Positions 25,273-35,795 of a stretch of DNA of 64,000 bases are shown here, one piece after another. The position numbers and the translations under genes were made by a program. This DNA comes from Alphaproteobacteria bacterium (GTDB taxonomy: Bacteria; Pseudomonadota; Alphaproteobacteria; UBA828), in the NCBI GenBank assembly GCA_965242855.1, contig OZ251509.1, forward strand, positions 35,286-99,285, read 5' to 3'. Every line of letters begins with the position of its first letter. Position 1 is the stretch's first letter. The notes beneath the pieces are model-generated. The model searched no databases. It was not told the DNA's origin and saw nothing but the letters and a program-made list of their open reading frames with translations.

Positions 25273-26015
25273 CCGGCCGCCCGGCCTTCCACCCCGGCCC
25301 CGCCGCCCTCCGCGAGGAGCCGCCGCGACGCCTCCTCCATGGTCGATTCGAGGCGCTCCATGAAGGCCCGCCGCGGCAGGCCCGGCGGGATCGGCGGCAG
25401 ATACGTCATCACGATGGTGCCGGGATAGCGCCGGAACGAGCCCCTGGGCCAGTGCATCCCGGAATTGTGCACCACCGGAACCACCGGCAGGCCGAGGGCG
25501 CCGTAGAGGGCGGCGACGCCGGGGCGATAGGGCAACTTCTCGCCCGGGCGCACCCGCGTGCCCTCGGGGAAGATCACGACCGGGCGCCCCCGCGCCGCCG
25601 CCGCCCGCGCCGCCGCGACGAGTTTGCGGAGCGCGCGCCCGCGCCCGTCACGGTCGACGAAGATCATGTTCACCTTGCGGCAGAACCAGCCGTAGCCCGG
25701 CACCAGCGCGAGCTCCTTCTTGATGACGTAGGCGGGATCGTCGAGCTCGTGCAGGAAGACGTGCGCCTCCCATTCGGACTGATGCTTGGCGGCGACGATG
25801 GCGGGGCCGTCCGGCCTGTGCTCGCGGTTCCGGATCTCGACGTGGACGCCGGCGATGAGCCGGAGCAGCAGGCCGTTGCCCGCCGACCAGACGATCACGA
25901 AGCGGCGGAACAGGGCGCGCGGCAGCAGCAGCATCGGCACCATGACCGTGCCGATCATCACCCCCCAGGTGTAGAACGCGACCGTGCAGAGCGCCGAGCG
26001 CAGGGTGTTCTCCAG
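25269..26015 (-). CDS. plsC: 1-acyl-sn-glycerol-3-phosphate acyltransferase
   Basis: AAKHQSEWE (HX4-acidic block) and VIFPEGTR motifs. The conserved N-terminal LRSALCTVAFY...PMLLLPR precedes the first ATG (25958), so a CTG at 26015 or another non-canonical start is inferred. The start is uncertain. Confidence 0.85.
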   Translation of the reverse strand: MENTLRSALCTVAFYTWGVMIGTVMVPMLLLPRALFRRFVIVWSAGNGLLLRLIAGVHVEIRNREHRPDGPAIVAAKHQSEWEAHVFLHELDDPAYVIKKELALVPGYGWFCRKVNMIFVDRDGRGRALRKLVAAARAAAARGRPVVIFPEGTRVRPGEKLPYRPGVAALYGALGLPVVPVVHNSGMHWPRGSFRRYPGTIVMTYLPPIPPGLPRRAFMERLESTMEEASRRLLAEGGGAGVEGRAAG

Positions 26016-26674
26016 CGTGTGCGGAGGCGGGCGCCAAGCCCGACCGCCCGGCGCGCCAGCGCCCACAGATATTTCGTGTACTCGCTCGCGATCAGGCCCG
26101 CGGTCCCGCGATAACGCCACCAATGCTCGACCTTGACGTGTTCCGGAAAGACGGGATGCGCCACGAGAGTAACATCCGGCATGGCGTTGCGGAACTCCAT
26201 CATCGCCCGCGGCATGTGGTAGCCGCCGGTGACCAGGCGCAGGCTGGCGAAGGAGCGGCCGGCCATCCAGGCGGCGGTCTCGCGCGCGTTGGCCTCGGTG
26301 TCGTCGGCCTGGTAGCCCAGGTCCACGCAACAGGCCCACAGGCGCCGGTCGCGGTAACGGCGCAGCTGCGCGCGCTCGACCCCCTTCGCCACTCCGGTCA
26401 CGAAGAGCCGGCGCGCGAGGCCGCTCTCGAGCAGGCGCAGCCCCTCGCTCAGGCGGCCGGAGCCGCCGGTGGGGACGACGATCGCGTCGGTGACGAAGCG
26501 CGGGCGCTCGCGTCCCTCGCCCGCCATGCCCGCGAACCACGGCAGCCCCGCCGACCAGAGCAGCACGCCGCCCATGGCGAGCGACAGCATGGCCCGCGCC
26601 GCGCCGGCCGCGCGCCGCAAGCGCCGTGCCGCCGGCGCCTCCCGGCCGCGCCTTCCGCCCCGCGGGGTTGACAT
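25958..26674 (-). CDS. DUF218 (YdcF/ElyC/SanA-like) domain protein
   Basis: TM anchor then IVVPTGGSGRL...VTGV...DTEANARETAAWM...LVTGGYHMPRA hallmark. Start at ATG 26674 or 26728. The stop overlaps the plsC region. Confidence 0.8.
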   Translation of the reverse strand: MSTPRGGRRGREAPAARRLRRAAGAARAMLSLAMGGVLLWSAGLPWFAGMAGEGRERPRFVTDAIVVPTGGSGRLSEGLRLLESGLARRLFVTGVAKGVERAQLRRYRDRRLWACCVDLGYQADDTEANARETAAWMAGRSFASLRLVTGGYHMPRAMMEFRNAMPDVTLVAHPVFPEHVKVEHWWRYRGTAGLIASEYTKYLWALARRAVGLGARLRTRWRTPCARRSARSRSTPGG

Positions 26675-26726
26675 GACGGGCCGCGAGGTTACTTGCTCTC
26701 CCTCCCCTTGCAACGAGACCGGCTCC

Positions 26727-27362
26727 ATGATCGTCGGTTGCCCCTCCTGCGCGACGCGCTACCGGGTCGAACCCGCCGCGTTGGGCGCAAGCGGGCGCCG
26801 GGTGCGCTGCACGCGCTGCGGCCATGTCTGGCGCGAGGAGGCGCCGGCCGATTCGCCCGCGCCGGTCGCGGTGGACGCAGCCCCCGCACCGGCGCCGCCG
26901 CGCCGCCGGGGCGGGCGGATCGACTGGCGCGCGGGCGGGATCGCCGTCGCGGTCGTCGCCGTCGCCGCCGCCGGGCTGGTGGCGGCGCGCGACGAGATCG
27001 CGGGGGCCTGGCCGCCGACGGCGCGGCTCTACGAAGCGGTCGGCCTCGCGGCGGGCGCGGCGGAGGAAGGGCGCGGCCTCCTGATCCGCGACGTGGCCTC
27101 GAAGCGGGTGCTGGAGGGCGGAGTCCCGATCCTGCTCGTGCGCGGCGCGATCGAGAACTCCACCGGGCGGCACCGCGCCGTCCCGGCGATTCGCGCGGCG
27201 CTCAAGAGCGAGACGGGCGCGGAGTTGCATCGCTGGACCATCACGGCGGCGGCGGCGGAACTGGACGCCGGGCAATCAACGACCTTCGAAGACAAGCTCG
27301 CCCGCCCGCCGCGCGGCGCGACCAGCCTCTCCGTCCGCTTCGCCGCCGCCGGGCCGGGCTGA
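26727..27362 (+). CDS. MJ0042-type zinc-ribbon membrane protein (DUF3426-like)
   Basis: MIVGCPSCATRYRV...RVRCTRCGHVW zinc ribbon, a Pro/Ala linker, one TM segment, then a C-terminal DUF3426-like domain. Confidence 0.75.
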   Translation: MIVGCPSCATRYRVEPAALGASGRRVRCTRCGHVWREEAPADSPAPVAVDAAPAPAPPRRRGGRIDWRAGGIAVAVVAVAAAGLVAARDEIAGAWPPTARLYEAVGLAAGAAEEGRGLLIRDVASKRVLEGGVPILLVRGAIENSTGRHRAVPAIRAALKSETGAELHRWTITAAAAELDAGQSTTFEDKLARPPRGATSLSVRFAAAGPG

Positions 27363-27383
27363 GCGGGCCGCCGCGCGGCGCCT

Positions 27384-28664
27384 TCAGGCGAGCCAGGGGG
27401 GGAGCAGGTCGCGCGCCAGCAGCGCCTCCTCGTCCTGCCGGGGGCGGATCGCCGCGACGGCGCGGCCGCGCACCATGACCTCGGCGGGGAGCGGGCGGCC
27501 GTTGTAGGTCGAGGCCATGACGGCGCCGTAGGCGCCCACGTCGCGCACCGCTAGCAGGTCGCCCGCGGCGAGCGGCGGCAGGCGGCGGGCGCGGCCCAAC
27601 ACGTCGCCGCTCTCGCAGACGGGGCCGGCGATGTCGGTTTCGACGTCGGTCTCGACCGCCGCCCGGGCGGGCGGCGACGCGACCACCGGCTCGATCGCGT
27701 GCCACGCCCCGTAGAGCGCCGGGCGGAGCAGATCGTTCATGGCGGCATCGACGATGGCGACGGCGCGGCCGCCCGCCCGCTTCACGACGAGCACGCGGGT
27801 CAGGAGGAGGCCCGCCGGCGCCGCCAGCCAGCGCCCGGGTTCGATCAGCACCTCCGCCCCCAGGCGATCGCGGACGCGCTCCACCAGGGCGCCGTAGGCG
27901 GCGACGTCCGGCGGCGTCTCGTCGCGATAGCGCACGCCGAGGCCGCCGCCCAGGTCCACCCGCGGGACCGGATGGCCGGCCGCGCGCAGGCGCTCCGCCA
28001 GCGCGACGACCCGCTCGCATGCCGCCTCGAACGGGGCGAGGCGCGCGATCTGCGAGCCGATATGCACGGCGATGCCGACCGGCTCGATGCCCGCCAGCGC
28101 CGCCGCCCTGGCGTAAAGCGCCGGCGCCTCGCGGGCGTCGATGCCGAACTTGTCGCCGCGCCGCCCGGTGGAGATCTTGTCGTGGCTCCCGGCGTCGACG
28201 TCCGGGTTCACGCGGAGCGCCGCCGGCGCGCGGGCGCGCCGCGCGCGCGCGACCTCGTCCAGGAGGGCGAGCTCGGCGGGCGATTCGACGTTGAACTGCG
28301 CGATGCCGGCGGCCAGGGCGCGCTCCATCTCCGCGCGCGTCTTGCCGACGCCGGCGAAGACCAGCCGCTCCGGCGCCATGCCGGCGGCCAGCGCGCGGGC
28401 GAGCTCGCCGCCGGAGACGACGTCGGCCCCGGCGCCGAGGCCGGCGAAGGTGCGGATCACCGCGCGCGCGTCGTTGGCCTTGATCGAATAGTGGATGCGA
28501 GCGCGCGGGGCCGCCGCCGCGAGCGCCCGGTAACGCGCTTCCAGAGCGGCCGCCGCGTAGCAATAGGTCGGCGTGCCGAACCGCGCCGCGACCGCGGGCA
28601 GCGGCACCTCCTCGGCGTGGAGGACGCGGCGGCCGTTCTCCTCCCGGTAGGCGAACGCGCCCAC
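27384..28664 (-). CDS. lysA: Diaminopimelate decarboxylase
   Basis: Full-length LysA-like: YSIKAN (PLP Lys), GGGLGVRY, CESGD. The argH-lipoprotein-lysA synteny is typical of alphaproteobacteria. Confidence 0.93.
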   Translation of the reverse strand: MGAFAYREENGRRVLHAEEVPLPAVAARFGTPTYCYAAAALEARYRALAAAAPRARIHYSIKANDARAVIRTFAGLGAGADVVSGGELARALAAGMAPERLVFAGVGKTRAEMERALAAGIAQFNVESPAELALLDEVARARRARAPAALRVNPDVDAGSHDKISTGRRGDKFGIDAREAPALYARAAALAGIEPVGIAVHIGSQIARLAPFEAACERVVALAERLRAAGHPVPRVDLGGGLGVRYRDETPPDVAAYGALVERVRDRLGAEVLIEPGRWLAAPAGLLLTRVLVVKRAGGRAVAIVDAAMNDLLRPALYGAWHAIEPVVASPPARAAVETDVETDIAGPVCESGDVLGRARRLPPLAAGDLLAVRDVGAYGAVMASTYNGRPLPAEVMVRGRAVAAIRPRQDEEALLARDLLPPWLA

Positions 28665-28674
28665 GGCGGGCGCG

Positions 28675-28812
28675 TCAGGCCGACGGCGGGGGCGCCGCCG
28701 ACGCCTCGGCGGGCGGCGGCTCGAGCGGCCCCCGCACGCCGCAGCTCGCCAGGGCGGCGACCAGGCCGAGCGCCGCCGCGATGGTCAGCAGCAGGCTGAG
28801 CTTGCGCAGCAT
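28675..28812 (-). CDS. Small lipoprotein (45 aa)
   Basis: MLRKLSLLLTIAAALGLVAALASCG lipobox followed by a Pro-rich tail. Sits in the conserved position between argH and lysA. Confidence 0.6.
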   Translation of the reverse strand: MLRKLSLLLTIAAALGLVAALASCGVRGPLEPPPAEASAAPPPSA

Positions 28813-28843
28813 GATCCGCTTCTCCGGGCGCGTCCGGGGGCGC

Positions 28844-30271
28844 TTACAGGAAGCGCGCGCGGGCGCGGGCGACCTGCCGGGCGACCTGGGCGGGCGCCGT
28901 GCCGCCCTCGCTGGTGCGCCGCGCGAGGGCGGCGGCCGGATCGAGCAGCGCCAGCGCGTCGGCGCCGATGCGCGGGTCGATCGCCCGCAGCGCGGCGGGC
29001 GGCAGGTCCTTGAGGGCGCAGCCCCGCTCCTCGGCGCACCGCACCGCCCGGCCGACGACGGCATGGGCCTCGCGGAAGGTCAACCCGGCGGCCTGCACCA
29101 GCCAGTCCGCGAGATCGGTGGCCGTGGCGTGGCCCGCCTCGGCCGCGCGCGCCATCGCCGCCGCGTTCACCGTCATGTCGCGGACCATGCCGGCGGTCGC
29201 GGCCAGGCACAGGTCGAGGGAATCGAAGGCGTCGAACAGGGGCTCCTTGTCCTCCTGCATGTCCTTCGCATAGGCCAGGGGGAGGCCCTTCATCGTGGTC
29301 AGCAGCGCGACCAGGGCGCCGGTCACGCGCCCCGTCTTGCCGCGCACCAGCTCGGCCGCGTCGGGGTTGCGCTTCTGCGGCATGATCGAGCTTCCGGTCG
29401 AGAAGCGGTCGGAGAGGGCGACGAAGCCGAACTGCGCGCTCGACCAGAGGATCGTCTCCTCGGCCAGGCGCGAGAGATGCATGGCGGTCAGCGCCGCCGC
29501 CGCCAGCGCCTCGACCACGAAGTCGCGGTCGGAGACGGCGTCGATCGAATTGGCCGCCGGCCGGTCGAAGCCCAGCGCGCGGGCGGTCATGGCGCGGTCG
29601 ATGGGGAAGGATGTCCCGGCGAGGGCGGCCGCGCCGAGCGGCGATTCGTTGAGCCGGTGCCGGCAATCGGCGAAGCGCCCGCGGTCACGCCCAATCATCT
29701 CGACATAGGCGAGCAGGTGGTGGCCGAAGGCGACCGGCTGGGCCGTCTGCAAATGGGTGAAGCCCGGCATCACGGTCGCGGCGTGCGCGTCGGCCCGGTC
29801 GATCAGCGCCGCCTGGAGGTCGCGGCAGGCGGCGTCGGCGCGGTCGAGGGCCTTGCGCAGCCACAGCCGGAGATCGGTGGCCACCTGGTCGTTGCGCGAG
29901 CGGGCGGTGTGCAGGCGCCCGGCCGCCGGGCCGATCAGCTCGCCCAGCCGCGCCTCGACGTTCATGTGGATGTCCTCGAGGGCGCGGTCGAAGGGGAAGG
30001 CCCCGGCTTCGATCTCCGCCTTCACCCGCCGCAGCCCGTCCGCGAGCGCCGCGCCGTCGGCCGGGGCGACGATGCCTTGCGCGGCCAGCATGGCGGCGTG
30101 GGCGAGGGAGCCCTCGATGTCCTCGGCGTAGAGGCGCCGATCGAAATCGATCGAGGCGTTGATCGCGGCGAGCCGCTCGTCGGGCGGCGACTCGAAGCGC
30201 CCGCCCCACATGCGGTTCGGCGCGTCCGCGCCGGCCGCCTCCGGCGGCGTGGGCGTCCTGGATGAGGGCAT
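28844..30271 (-). CDS. argH: Argininosuccinate lyase
   Basis: MWGGRFE... N-terminus and [12 protein letters not shown] signature. Start at ATG 30271. The longer ORF-track extension is non-homologous. Confidence 0.95.
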   Translation of the reverse strand: MPSSRTPTPPEAAGADAPNRMWGGRFESPPDERLAAINASIDFDRRLYAEDIEGSLAHAAMLAAQGIVAPADGAALADGLRRVKAEIEAGAFPFDRALEDIHMNVEARLGELIGPAAGRLHTARSRNDQVATDLRLWLRKALDRADAACRDLQAALIDRADAHAATVMPGFTHLQTAQPVAFGHHLLAYVEMIGRDRGRFADCRHRLNESPLGAAALAGTSFPIDRAMTARALGFDRPAANSIDAVSDRDFVVEALAAAALTAMHLSRLAEETILWSSAQFGFVALSDRFSTGSSIMPQKRNPDAAELVRGKTGRVTGALVALLTTMKGLPLAYAKDMQEDKEPLFDAFDSLDLCLAATAGMVRDMTVNAAAMARAAEAGHATATDLADWLVQAAGLTFREAHAVVGRAVRCAEERGCALKDLPPAALRAIDPRIGADALALLDPAAALARRTSEGGTAPAQVARQVARARARFL

Positions 30272-30566
30272 CTCGCGACTCGCGCTCCCGGCCGCGCCCA
30301 TCATGGCCCGATCGGACGGCCGATCAAGCCGTTTGCGCACCGGGTGATCGTGTCTCGGCTTGCAATGTGACGCGCCGGGCGGGCTTGCGTTCGCCATGGA
30401 TGAATGGGCGCGGCGCGGCGAACCTCGAAAATTTCAAACCGGGACACGACCCGTTTGCGCACCGGGTAGGCCGCAGGCGGGAATGGGGCTAACATGGCGG
30501 GGCGCGCCCGGCCCCGTCAGCGCCGGCGGCGGCCCCGGCGCGATGCCGACCAGGAGGAGGGACGGA

Positions 30567-31724
30567 ATGAGGACGCTGTTGTCCGCCGGCCTCGGCGCGC
30601 TGGCCGCGCTGGCGCTGACGGGGCCGGGCGCGCTGGCGCTGGACGATCTCTCGCACTACGTGTTCGTGCCCAACAGGGCGTCGGCCGACGTGGCCGTCAT
30701 CGACACCCGGGTGGACCGGGTGATCGCCCATGTCCCGGTCGGCGCGGTGCCGCACCAGGTGGCGGTTTCCCGGACCCACATGAAGATGGTCGCGAGCAAC
30801 ACCGGCGATCACACCCTCTCGGTGGTCGATCTCGGATCGCTGGCCACCGTCGCGACGATCCCGCTCGGCCATACGCCCGAGCACATGGCGATCGATCCCT
30901 CGGGAGAAATCCTCGCGGTCGGCAATATCGGCGAGGGCACGGTCTCCCTGGTCTCGCTCCGGGAGGATCGCGAGATCGCCCGGATCGACGGCCTGCACGA
31001 GCCCCACAACATGACCTTCGACCCCTCCGGCGCGCGCCTCTATGTCGGCAATCTCGGCGCCAGCTTCGTCAGCGCCATCGACGTGGCGCAGGGCGCGGTG
31101 GTGGACGAGATCGCCGTGGGGCCGGACCGCGCGATCGCCGCCCTGGGCCATGACGACGGCGCCTATCAGGGCATCGTCGACGTCACCGCGACGCCGGACG
31201 GGCGGCTCGGTTTCGCGGCCTACGGCGAGGGCGACCGGATGGCGGTGATCGACCTCGCGTCGGGCCGCACCGTCAAGACCCTGGCGCTGGGCGACATGCC
31301 CTGGCGCGCCTTCACCACCGTCGACGGCCGCCACATGATCGTCCCCAACAACGGCGACGAGACCGTCTCGGTGGTGTCGACGGAAACCCTCGAAGAGGTC
31401 GCCCGCCTGCCCGGCGCCGCCGACATGACGGGAGTCAACGCCGGCTGGTTCGATTCGCTCGCCTATGTGATCAGCCGGGGCGACGACAAGGCGCTGATCC
31501 TCGATCTCGCGACCATGCGCGTGGCCGGCGAGATCGCCCTGCCGGGCACGCCCGAGACCGGCGTCGTCACGCCGGACGGGACCAAGCTCTACGTGGCCCT
31601 CGGCGACGCGGACACGGTCGCCGTGATCGACGTGCGCGCGCAGGCGGTGATCGCGACGATCGACGGCGTGGGCGACGAGCCCTGGGGCACCCACATCGAA
31701 GGCGCGGTCAACTACTGCCACTGA
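30567..31724 (+). CDS. YVTN-family beta-propeller repeat protein (secreted)
   Basis: GGAGGAGGG RBS. Signal peptide MRTLLSAGLGALAALALTGPGALA. Repeated about 40-aa units of the type V.V.D....v...i.vG..P..ia..pdG..lyVan. Confidence 0.8.
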   Translation: MRTLLSAGLGALAALALTGPGALALDDLSHYVFVPNRASADVAVIDTRVDRVIAHVPVGAVPHQVAVSRTHMKMVASNTGDHTLSVVDLGSLATVATIPLGHTPEHMAIDPSGEILAVGNIGEGTVSLVSLREDREIARIDGLHEPHNMTFDPSGARLYVGNLGASFVSAIDVAQGAVVDEIAVGPDRAIAALGHDDGAYQGIVDVTATPDGRLGFAAYGEGDRMAVIDLASGRTVKTLALGDMPWRAFTTVDGRHMIVPNNGDETVSVVSTETLEEVARLPGAADMTGVNAGWFDSLAYVISRGDDKALILDLATMRVAGEIALPGTPETGVVTPDGTKLYVALGDADTVAVIDVRAQAVIATIDGVGDEPWGTHIEGAVNYCH

Positions 31725-31747
31725 CCGCAGCACCCGCAGCGCCGGCG

Positions 31748-32554
31748 ATGCGCGCCGCCCTGTCGGCCGCAGCGGTGCTCGCCGCGGCGGCGGGCGCCCT
31801 CGGGCCGGCGGCGGCCGAGGCGCCGCGCGAGCGCCTGCTGGGCGCCGTCGCCCGCCATGCCGCCGTGCCCGCGGCGCTCGAACGGCGCATCGACGCGCGC
31901 TGCCCGGCGGCCGGTTCGCGCTGCGCCGCCGCGCTGCTCGCGGCGCATCTGCCCGGCGCCCGCCTCGTCCGGGTGGCGCATCCCGACGCCGATTCGATCA
32001 GGCGGGCGCGCAGCGTCCCCTCCGTCGGCGCCGTGGAGCGGCGGGCCGACGGAACCCTCGTCGTCGCGCTCGACCGCTTCGGCCGCAAGGCCGATCGCGA
32101 GGTCGCCGACGCCGTGGCCGCCGGGGGAGGGACACCGCCGCGGCTCGCGCTCGATCTGCGCGCCAACGCCGGCGGCGACTTCGACCGCATGACGCGGGTC
32201 GCGAGCCTCTTCACCGGCCCCAGGGTCGCCGCCATCCGCGTGACCGGCCGCGCCGGCGCGACCGCCGTGGCGCTGCCGCCGCCGCTGCGCGCCGTCGAGA
32301 TCGCCGCGCTGGAGGTGCTGATCGGGCCGCGCACCGCGAGCAGCGCCGAGGTGCTGGCGGCCCTGCTGCGCCGCCACGCCGGCGCCCGCCTCGTCGGCGC
32401 GCGCAGCCGCGGCAAGGACCGCCTCGCGCGGCTGATCCCGGCCGACCACGACTGGCGCCTCTCGGTGCCGGCCGGGCGCATCGAGGTGCCCGGCGAGACC
32501 CTCGCCGGCGGCCTCGTCCCCGACGCCCCGGCGGCGCCCGGAGACGGAGAATGA
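31748..32554 (+). CDS. S41-family (C-terminal processing peptidase-like) protein
   Basis: Signal peptide. LDLRANAGGDF and IGPRTASSAEVLAALL...GKD motifs in S41 order (Ser/Lys dyad candidates). Confidence 0.6.
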   Translation: MRAALSAAAVLAAAAGALGPAAAEAPRERLLGAVARHAAVPAALERRIDARCPAAGSRCAAALLAAHLPGARLVRVAHPDADSIRRARSVPSVGAVERRADGTLVVALDRFGRKADREVADAVAAGGGTPPRLALDLRANAGGDFDRMTRVASLFTGPRVAAIRVTGRAGATAVALPPPLRAVEIAALEVLIGPRTASSAEVLAALLRRHAGARLVGARSRGKDRLARLIPADHDWRLSVPAGRIEVPGETLAGGLVPDAPAAPGDGE

Positions 32555-33045
32555 CGCGCCGCCGGGGAGCACGCATGAGCCGGTGGAGAGGCGTCGTTCC
32601 CGCCCTGCTCCTGGCGCTGGCCGCGGCGGCGCCGGCGGCGGCGCATGAGGAGAAGGCCGGCGACATCACCCTCCAACATCCCTGGTCGCGTCCGGCGCCC
32701 GAGGGGCGCAACGGCGTGGTCTATGTCCGGATTCTCAACGAAGGCGCGGTCGCGGACCGCCTGATCGCCGCCCGCACCCCGGTCGCCCGGCGGGTCGAAC
32801 TCCACCGCAGCACGCTGACGGACGGCGTCCACCGCATGGCGAAGGTGGATGGGATCGCGATCCCGGCGGGCGGCGAGGCGGCGCTCGAACCCGGCGGCCT
32901 CCACCTGATGCTGCGGGCGCTGAAGACGACGCTGATGGCCGAGGAGACGCACCCGATCGCCTTCGTCTTCGAACGGACGGGTGAGATCGCCGCTACCTTC
33001 TCGGTCGAGGCCGACCACGATGGCCACCGCATGCGGGACCCCTGA
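32551..33045 (+). CDS. Periplasmic copper chaperone PCu(A)C (DUF461)
   Basis: Signal peptide. ITLQHPWSRP..., ...ELHRSTLTDGVHRM...GGLHLML. His/Met motif spacing is typical of PCuAC. The start overlaps the upstream stop (ATGA). Confidence 0.8.
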   Translation: MTRRRGARMSRWRGVVPALLLALAAAAPAAAHEEKAGDITLQHPWSRPAPEGRNGVVYVRILNEGAVADRLIAARTPVARRVELHRSTLTDGVHRMAKVDGIAIPAGGEAALEPGGLHLMLRALKTTLMAEETHPIAFVFERTGEIAATFSVEADHDGHRMRDP

Positions 33046-33060
33046 CGCGCCGCGCGCGGG

Positions 33061-33933
33061 TCAGCGGGTGGGGACCGGGGTCTCTCCCGAATAGTCGTAG
33101 AAGCCCCGGCCGGTCTTGCGCCCGAGCCAGCCGGCCTCGACGTATTTGGCGAGCAGGGGGCAGGGGCGGTACTTGCTGTCGGCCAGACCCTCGTAAAGCA
33201 CCTGCATGATGCCGTGGCAGGTGTCGAGGCCGATGAAATCGGCGAGTTCCAGCGGCCCCATGCGGTGATGGGCGCCGAGCTTCATCGCGGTGTCGATCGC
33301 CCGCACGGTGCCCACGCCCTCGTAGAGCGCGTAGATCGCCTCGTTGACCATGGGCATGAGGATGCGGTTCACGATGAAGGCCGGGAAGTCCTCGGCCATG
33401 GCGGCCGTCTTGCCCATGCGCTCGGTGACCGCCCGCACCGCCTCGTAGGTCGCCTCCTCGGTGGCGATCCCGCGGACCAGCTCGACCAGCTCCATCATCG
33501 GCACCGGGTTCATGAAGTGCATGCCCATGAACCTGCCGGGGCGGTCGGTGTTGGCGGCGAGCCGGGTGACGGGGATCGTCGAGCTGTTGGTGCAGATGAT
33601 GGCGTGCGCCGGCAGCACGCCCCGCAGCGCGGCGAAGACGGATTTCTTGATCGCTTCGTCCTCGACGACCGCCTCGATCGCGAGGTCGACGGACGCGAAG
33701 CCCTCCAGGCCGACGGCGGGGGCGATCCGCGCCAGCGCCGCATCCCGCCGCTCCCCGGTGATCGCGCCCTTGCGCGCCTGGCGGCCGAGATTGGTGCGGA
33801 TCGTCGCGAGGGCCGCGTCGAGCTCCGCCTGCCCCACGTCGGTCAGCACGACGTCGTATCCGGCCAGGGCCGCGACATGGGCGATTCCGCCGCCCATCCG
33901 CCCCGCCCCGATGATCCCGATCGACTGCACCAT
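33061..33933 (-). CDS. hbd: 3-hydroxybutyryl-CoA dehydrogenase
   Basis: [24 protein letters not shown] Rossmann motif and the full HCDH-like sequence. Conserved etfBA-hbd order. Confidence 0.92.
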   Translation of the reverse strand: MVQSIGIIGAGRMGGGIAHVAALAGYDVVLTDVGQAELDAALATIRTNLGRQARKGAITGERRDAALARIAPAVGLEGFASVDLAIEAVVEDEAIKKSVFAALRGVLPAHAIICTNSSTIPVTRLAANTDRPGRFMGMHFMNPVPMMELVELVRGIATEEATYEAVRAVTERMGKTAAMAEDFPAFIVNRILMPMVNEAIYALYEGVGTVRAIDTAMKLGAHHRMGPLELADFIGLDTCHGIMQVLYEGLADSKYRPCPLLAKYVEAGWLGRKTGRGFYDYSGETPVPTR

Positions 33934-33942
33934 GGCGGCGGC

Positions 33943-34896
33943 TCAGGTCTTCGACAGGCCCTGCCGGTCGAGCTCCTCGGCGAGCGCCGGCAGGGCCTCG
34001 AACAGGTCGGCCACCAGGCCGAAGTCGGCGATCTGGAAGATCGGCGCCTCCGCGTCCTTGTTGATGGCGCAGATGACCTTGCTGTCCTTCATGCCGGCCA
34101 GATGCTGGATCGCCCCTGAAATGCCGACGGCGACGTAGAGCTCGGGCGCCACCACCTTGCCGGTCTGGCCGACCTGGAAGTCGTTGGGGACGTAGCCGGC
34201 ATCGACCGCCGCGCGCGAGGCGCCGACGGCGGCCCCGAGCCGGTCCGCCACCGCCTCGATCAGGGCGAAGTTCTCGCCGCTCTGCATCCCGCGCCCGCCG
34301 GAGATCACGATCCCGGCGCTGGTCAGTTCCGGCCGGTCGGACTTGCTGAGCGCGCGCCTGACGAAGCGGACGGACCCCCGGTCGCCGGGGCCGGACACCG
34401 CCTCGACGGACGCGCCGCCGCCCTCCGCCGGCGCCGCGTCGAACGCGGTCGCGCGCACGGTGACCACCTTCCGAGCGTCGCGGCTCTCGACGGTGGCGAT
34501 GGCGTTGCCCGCGTGGGTGGGGCGGACGAACACGCTCTCCGAGACGATCTCGATCACGTCGGATATCTGCGCCACGTCCAGCAGGGCCGCGATCCTGGGC
34601 ATGACGTTCTTGCCGAAGGTGGTGGCGGCCGCGAGCAGATGGCTGTAGCCCTCCGCCAGCCCGACCGCCAGAGGCGCCAGGTTCTCGGCGAAGGAGTGCG
34701 CGCAGGCCGGCGAATCGACGTGCAGGACCTTGGCGACCCCGGCGACGCGGGCCGCCGCCTCCGCGGCCGGGGCGGAGCCCGAACCGGCGACCAGCAGATG
34801 GACCTCGCCGCCGAGCGCCTGCGCGGCGGTCACTGCGTGAAGGCTGGCCCGCCCGAGCGCGGCGTTGTCGTGCTCGGCCAGGACCAGGACGCTCAT
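33943..34896 (-). CDS. etfA: Electron transfer flavoprotein subunit alpha
   Basis: Full-length EtfA-like with the FAD-binding C-terminal [19 protein letters not shown]. Confidence 0.95.
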   Translation of the reverse strand: MSVLVLAEHDNAALGRASLHAVTAAQALGGEVHLLVAGSGSAPAAEAAARVAGVAKVLHVDSPACAHSFAENLAPLAVGLAEGYSHLLAAATTFGKNVMPRIAALLDVAQISDVIEIVSESVFVRPTHAGNAIATVESRDARKVVTVRATAFDAAPAEGGGASVEAVSGPGDRGSVRFVRRALSKSDRPELTSAGIVISGGRGMQSGENFALIEAVADRLGAAVGASRAAVDAGYVPNDFQVGQTGKVVAPELYVAVGISGAIQHLAGMKDSKVICAINKDAEAPIFQIADFGLVADLFEALPALAEELDRQGLSKT

Positions 34897-35645
34897 CCGA
34901 TCACCTTCGCGTCGTCGCGCAGCCGGGCCACGAGCGCGGCGGCGTCCTTCACCTTGACGCCCGCCTGGCGGCGCGGCGGCTCGGCCACCTTGCGGATCGC
35001 GAGCCGCGGTTCGATGTCCACGCCGAACGCCTCGGCCTCCTTGCGGTCGATCGGCTTCCTCCTGGCCTTCATGATGTTGGGGAGGGAGGCGTAGCGCGGT
35101 TCGTTGAGCCGGAGATCGGTGGTGACCACCGCCGGCAGGTCGACGTTCAGGGTCTCGAGCCCGCCGTCGATCTCGCGGGTCACGTCGGCGGTCTCTCCCT
35201 TGATCACGATCTCGGAGGCGAAGGTCGCCTGCGGCCAGTCCAGGAGCGCCGCCAGCATCTGGCCGGTCTGGTTGCTGTCGTCATCGATCGCCTGTTTACC
35301 GGCGATCACGAGGCCCGGCTTCTCCGCCTCGACGACCGCCTGCAGGAGCTTCGCCACCGCGAGCGGCTGGAGCGCGGCCTCGGTGGCGACGTGGATCGCC
35401 CGGTCCGCGCCCATCGCCAGCGCCGTGCGCAGCGTCTCCTGGACCTTCTCCCCGCCGGCGGAGACGACGACGATCTCCTCCGCGTGGCCGGCTTCCTTGA
35501 TGCGCACCGCTTCCTCGACCGCGATCTCGCAGAAGGGGTTCATCGCCATCTTCACGTTGGCCGTTTCAACGCCGGTCTCGTCGGACCTGACCCGGACCTT
35601 CACGTTCGCGTCGATGGTGCGCTTGATCGCGACGAGAACCTTCAT
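34893..35645 (-). CDS. etfB: Electron transfer flavoprotein subunit beta
   Basis: [20 protein letters not shown]-terminus. The stop overlaps the etfA start. ATG at 35645. Confidence 0.95.
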   Translation of the reverse strand: MKVLVAIKRTIDANVKVRVRSDETGVETANVKMAMNPFCEIAVEEAVRIKEAGHAEEIVVVSAGGEKVQETLRTALAMGADRAIHVATEAALQPLAVAKLLQAVVEAEKPGLVIAGKQAIDDDSNQTGQMLAALLDWPQATFASEIVIKGETADVTREIDGGLETLNVDLPAVVTTDLRLNEPRYASLPNIMKARRKPIDRKEAEAFGVDIEPRLAIRKVAEPPRRQAGVKVKDAAALVARLRDDAKVIG

Positions 35646-35795
35646 CCGGCTCCTCGCTCCCGGAAGATACGGAAACCCCAACGTTTTCGCCGCCGCACCC
35701 TAGGACCGCCCCGGAAGCGAGTCAACGCCGCCCGCCCGCTCCCGGTGCGCGCCGCCTTGATTCCTCCCTTCTCCCGCGCAAGGGTTCGGGGCAGG

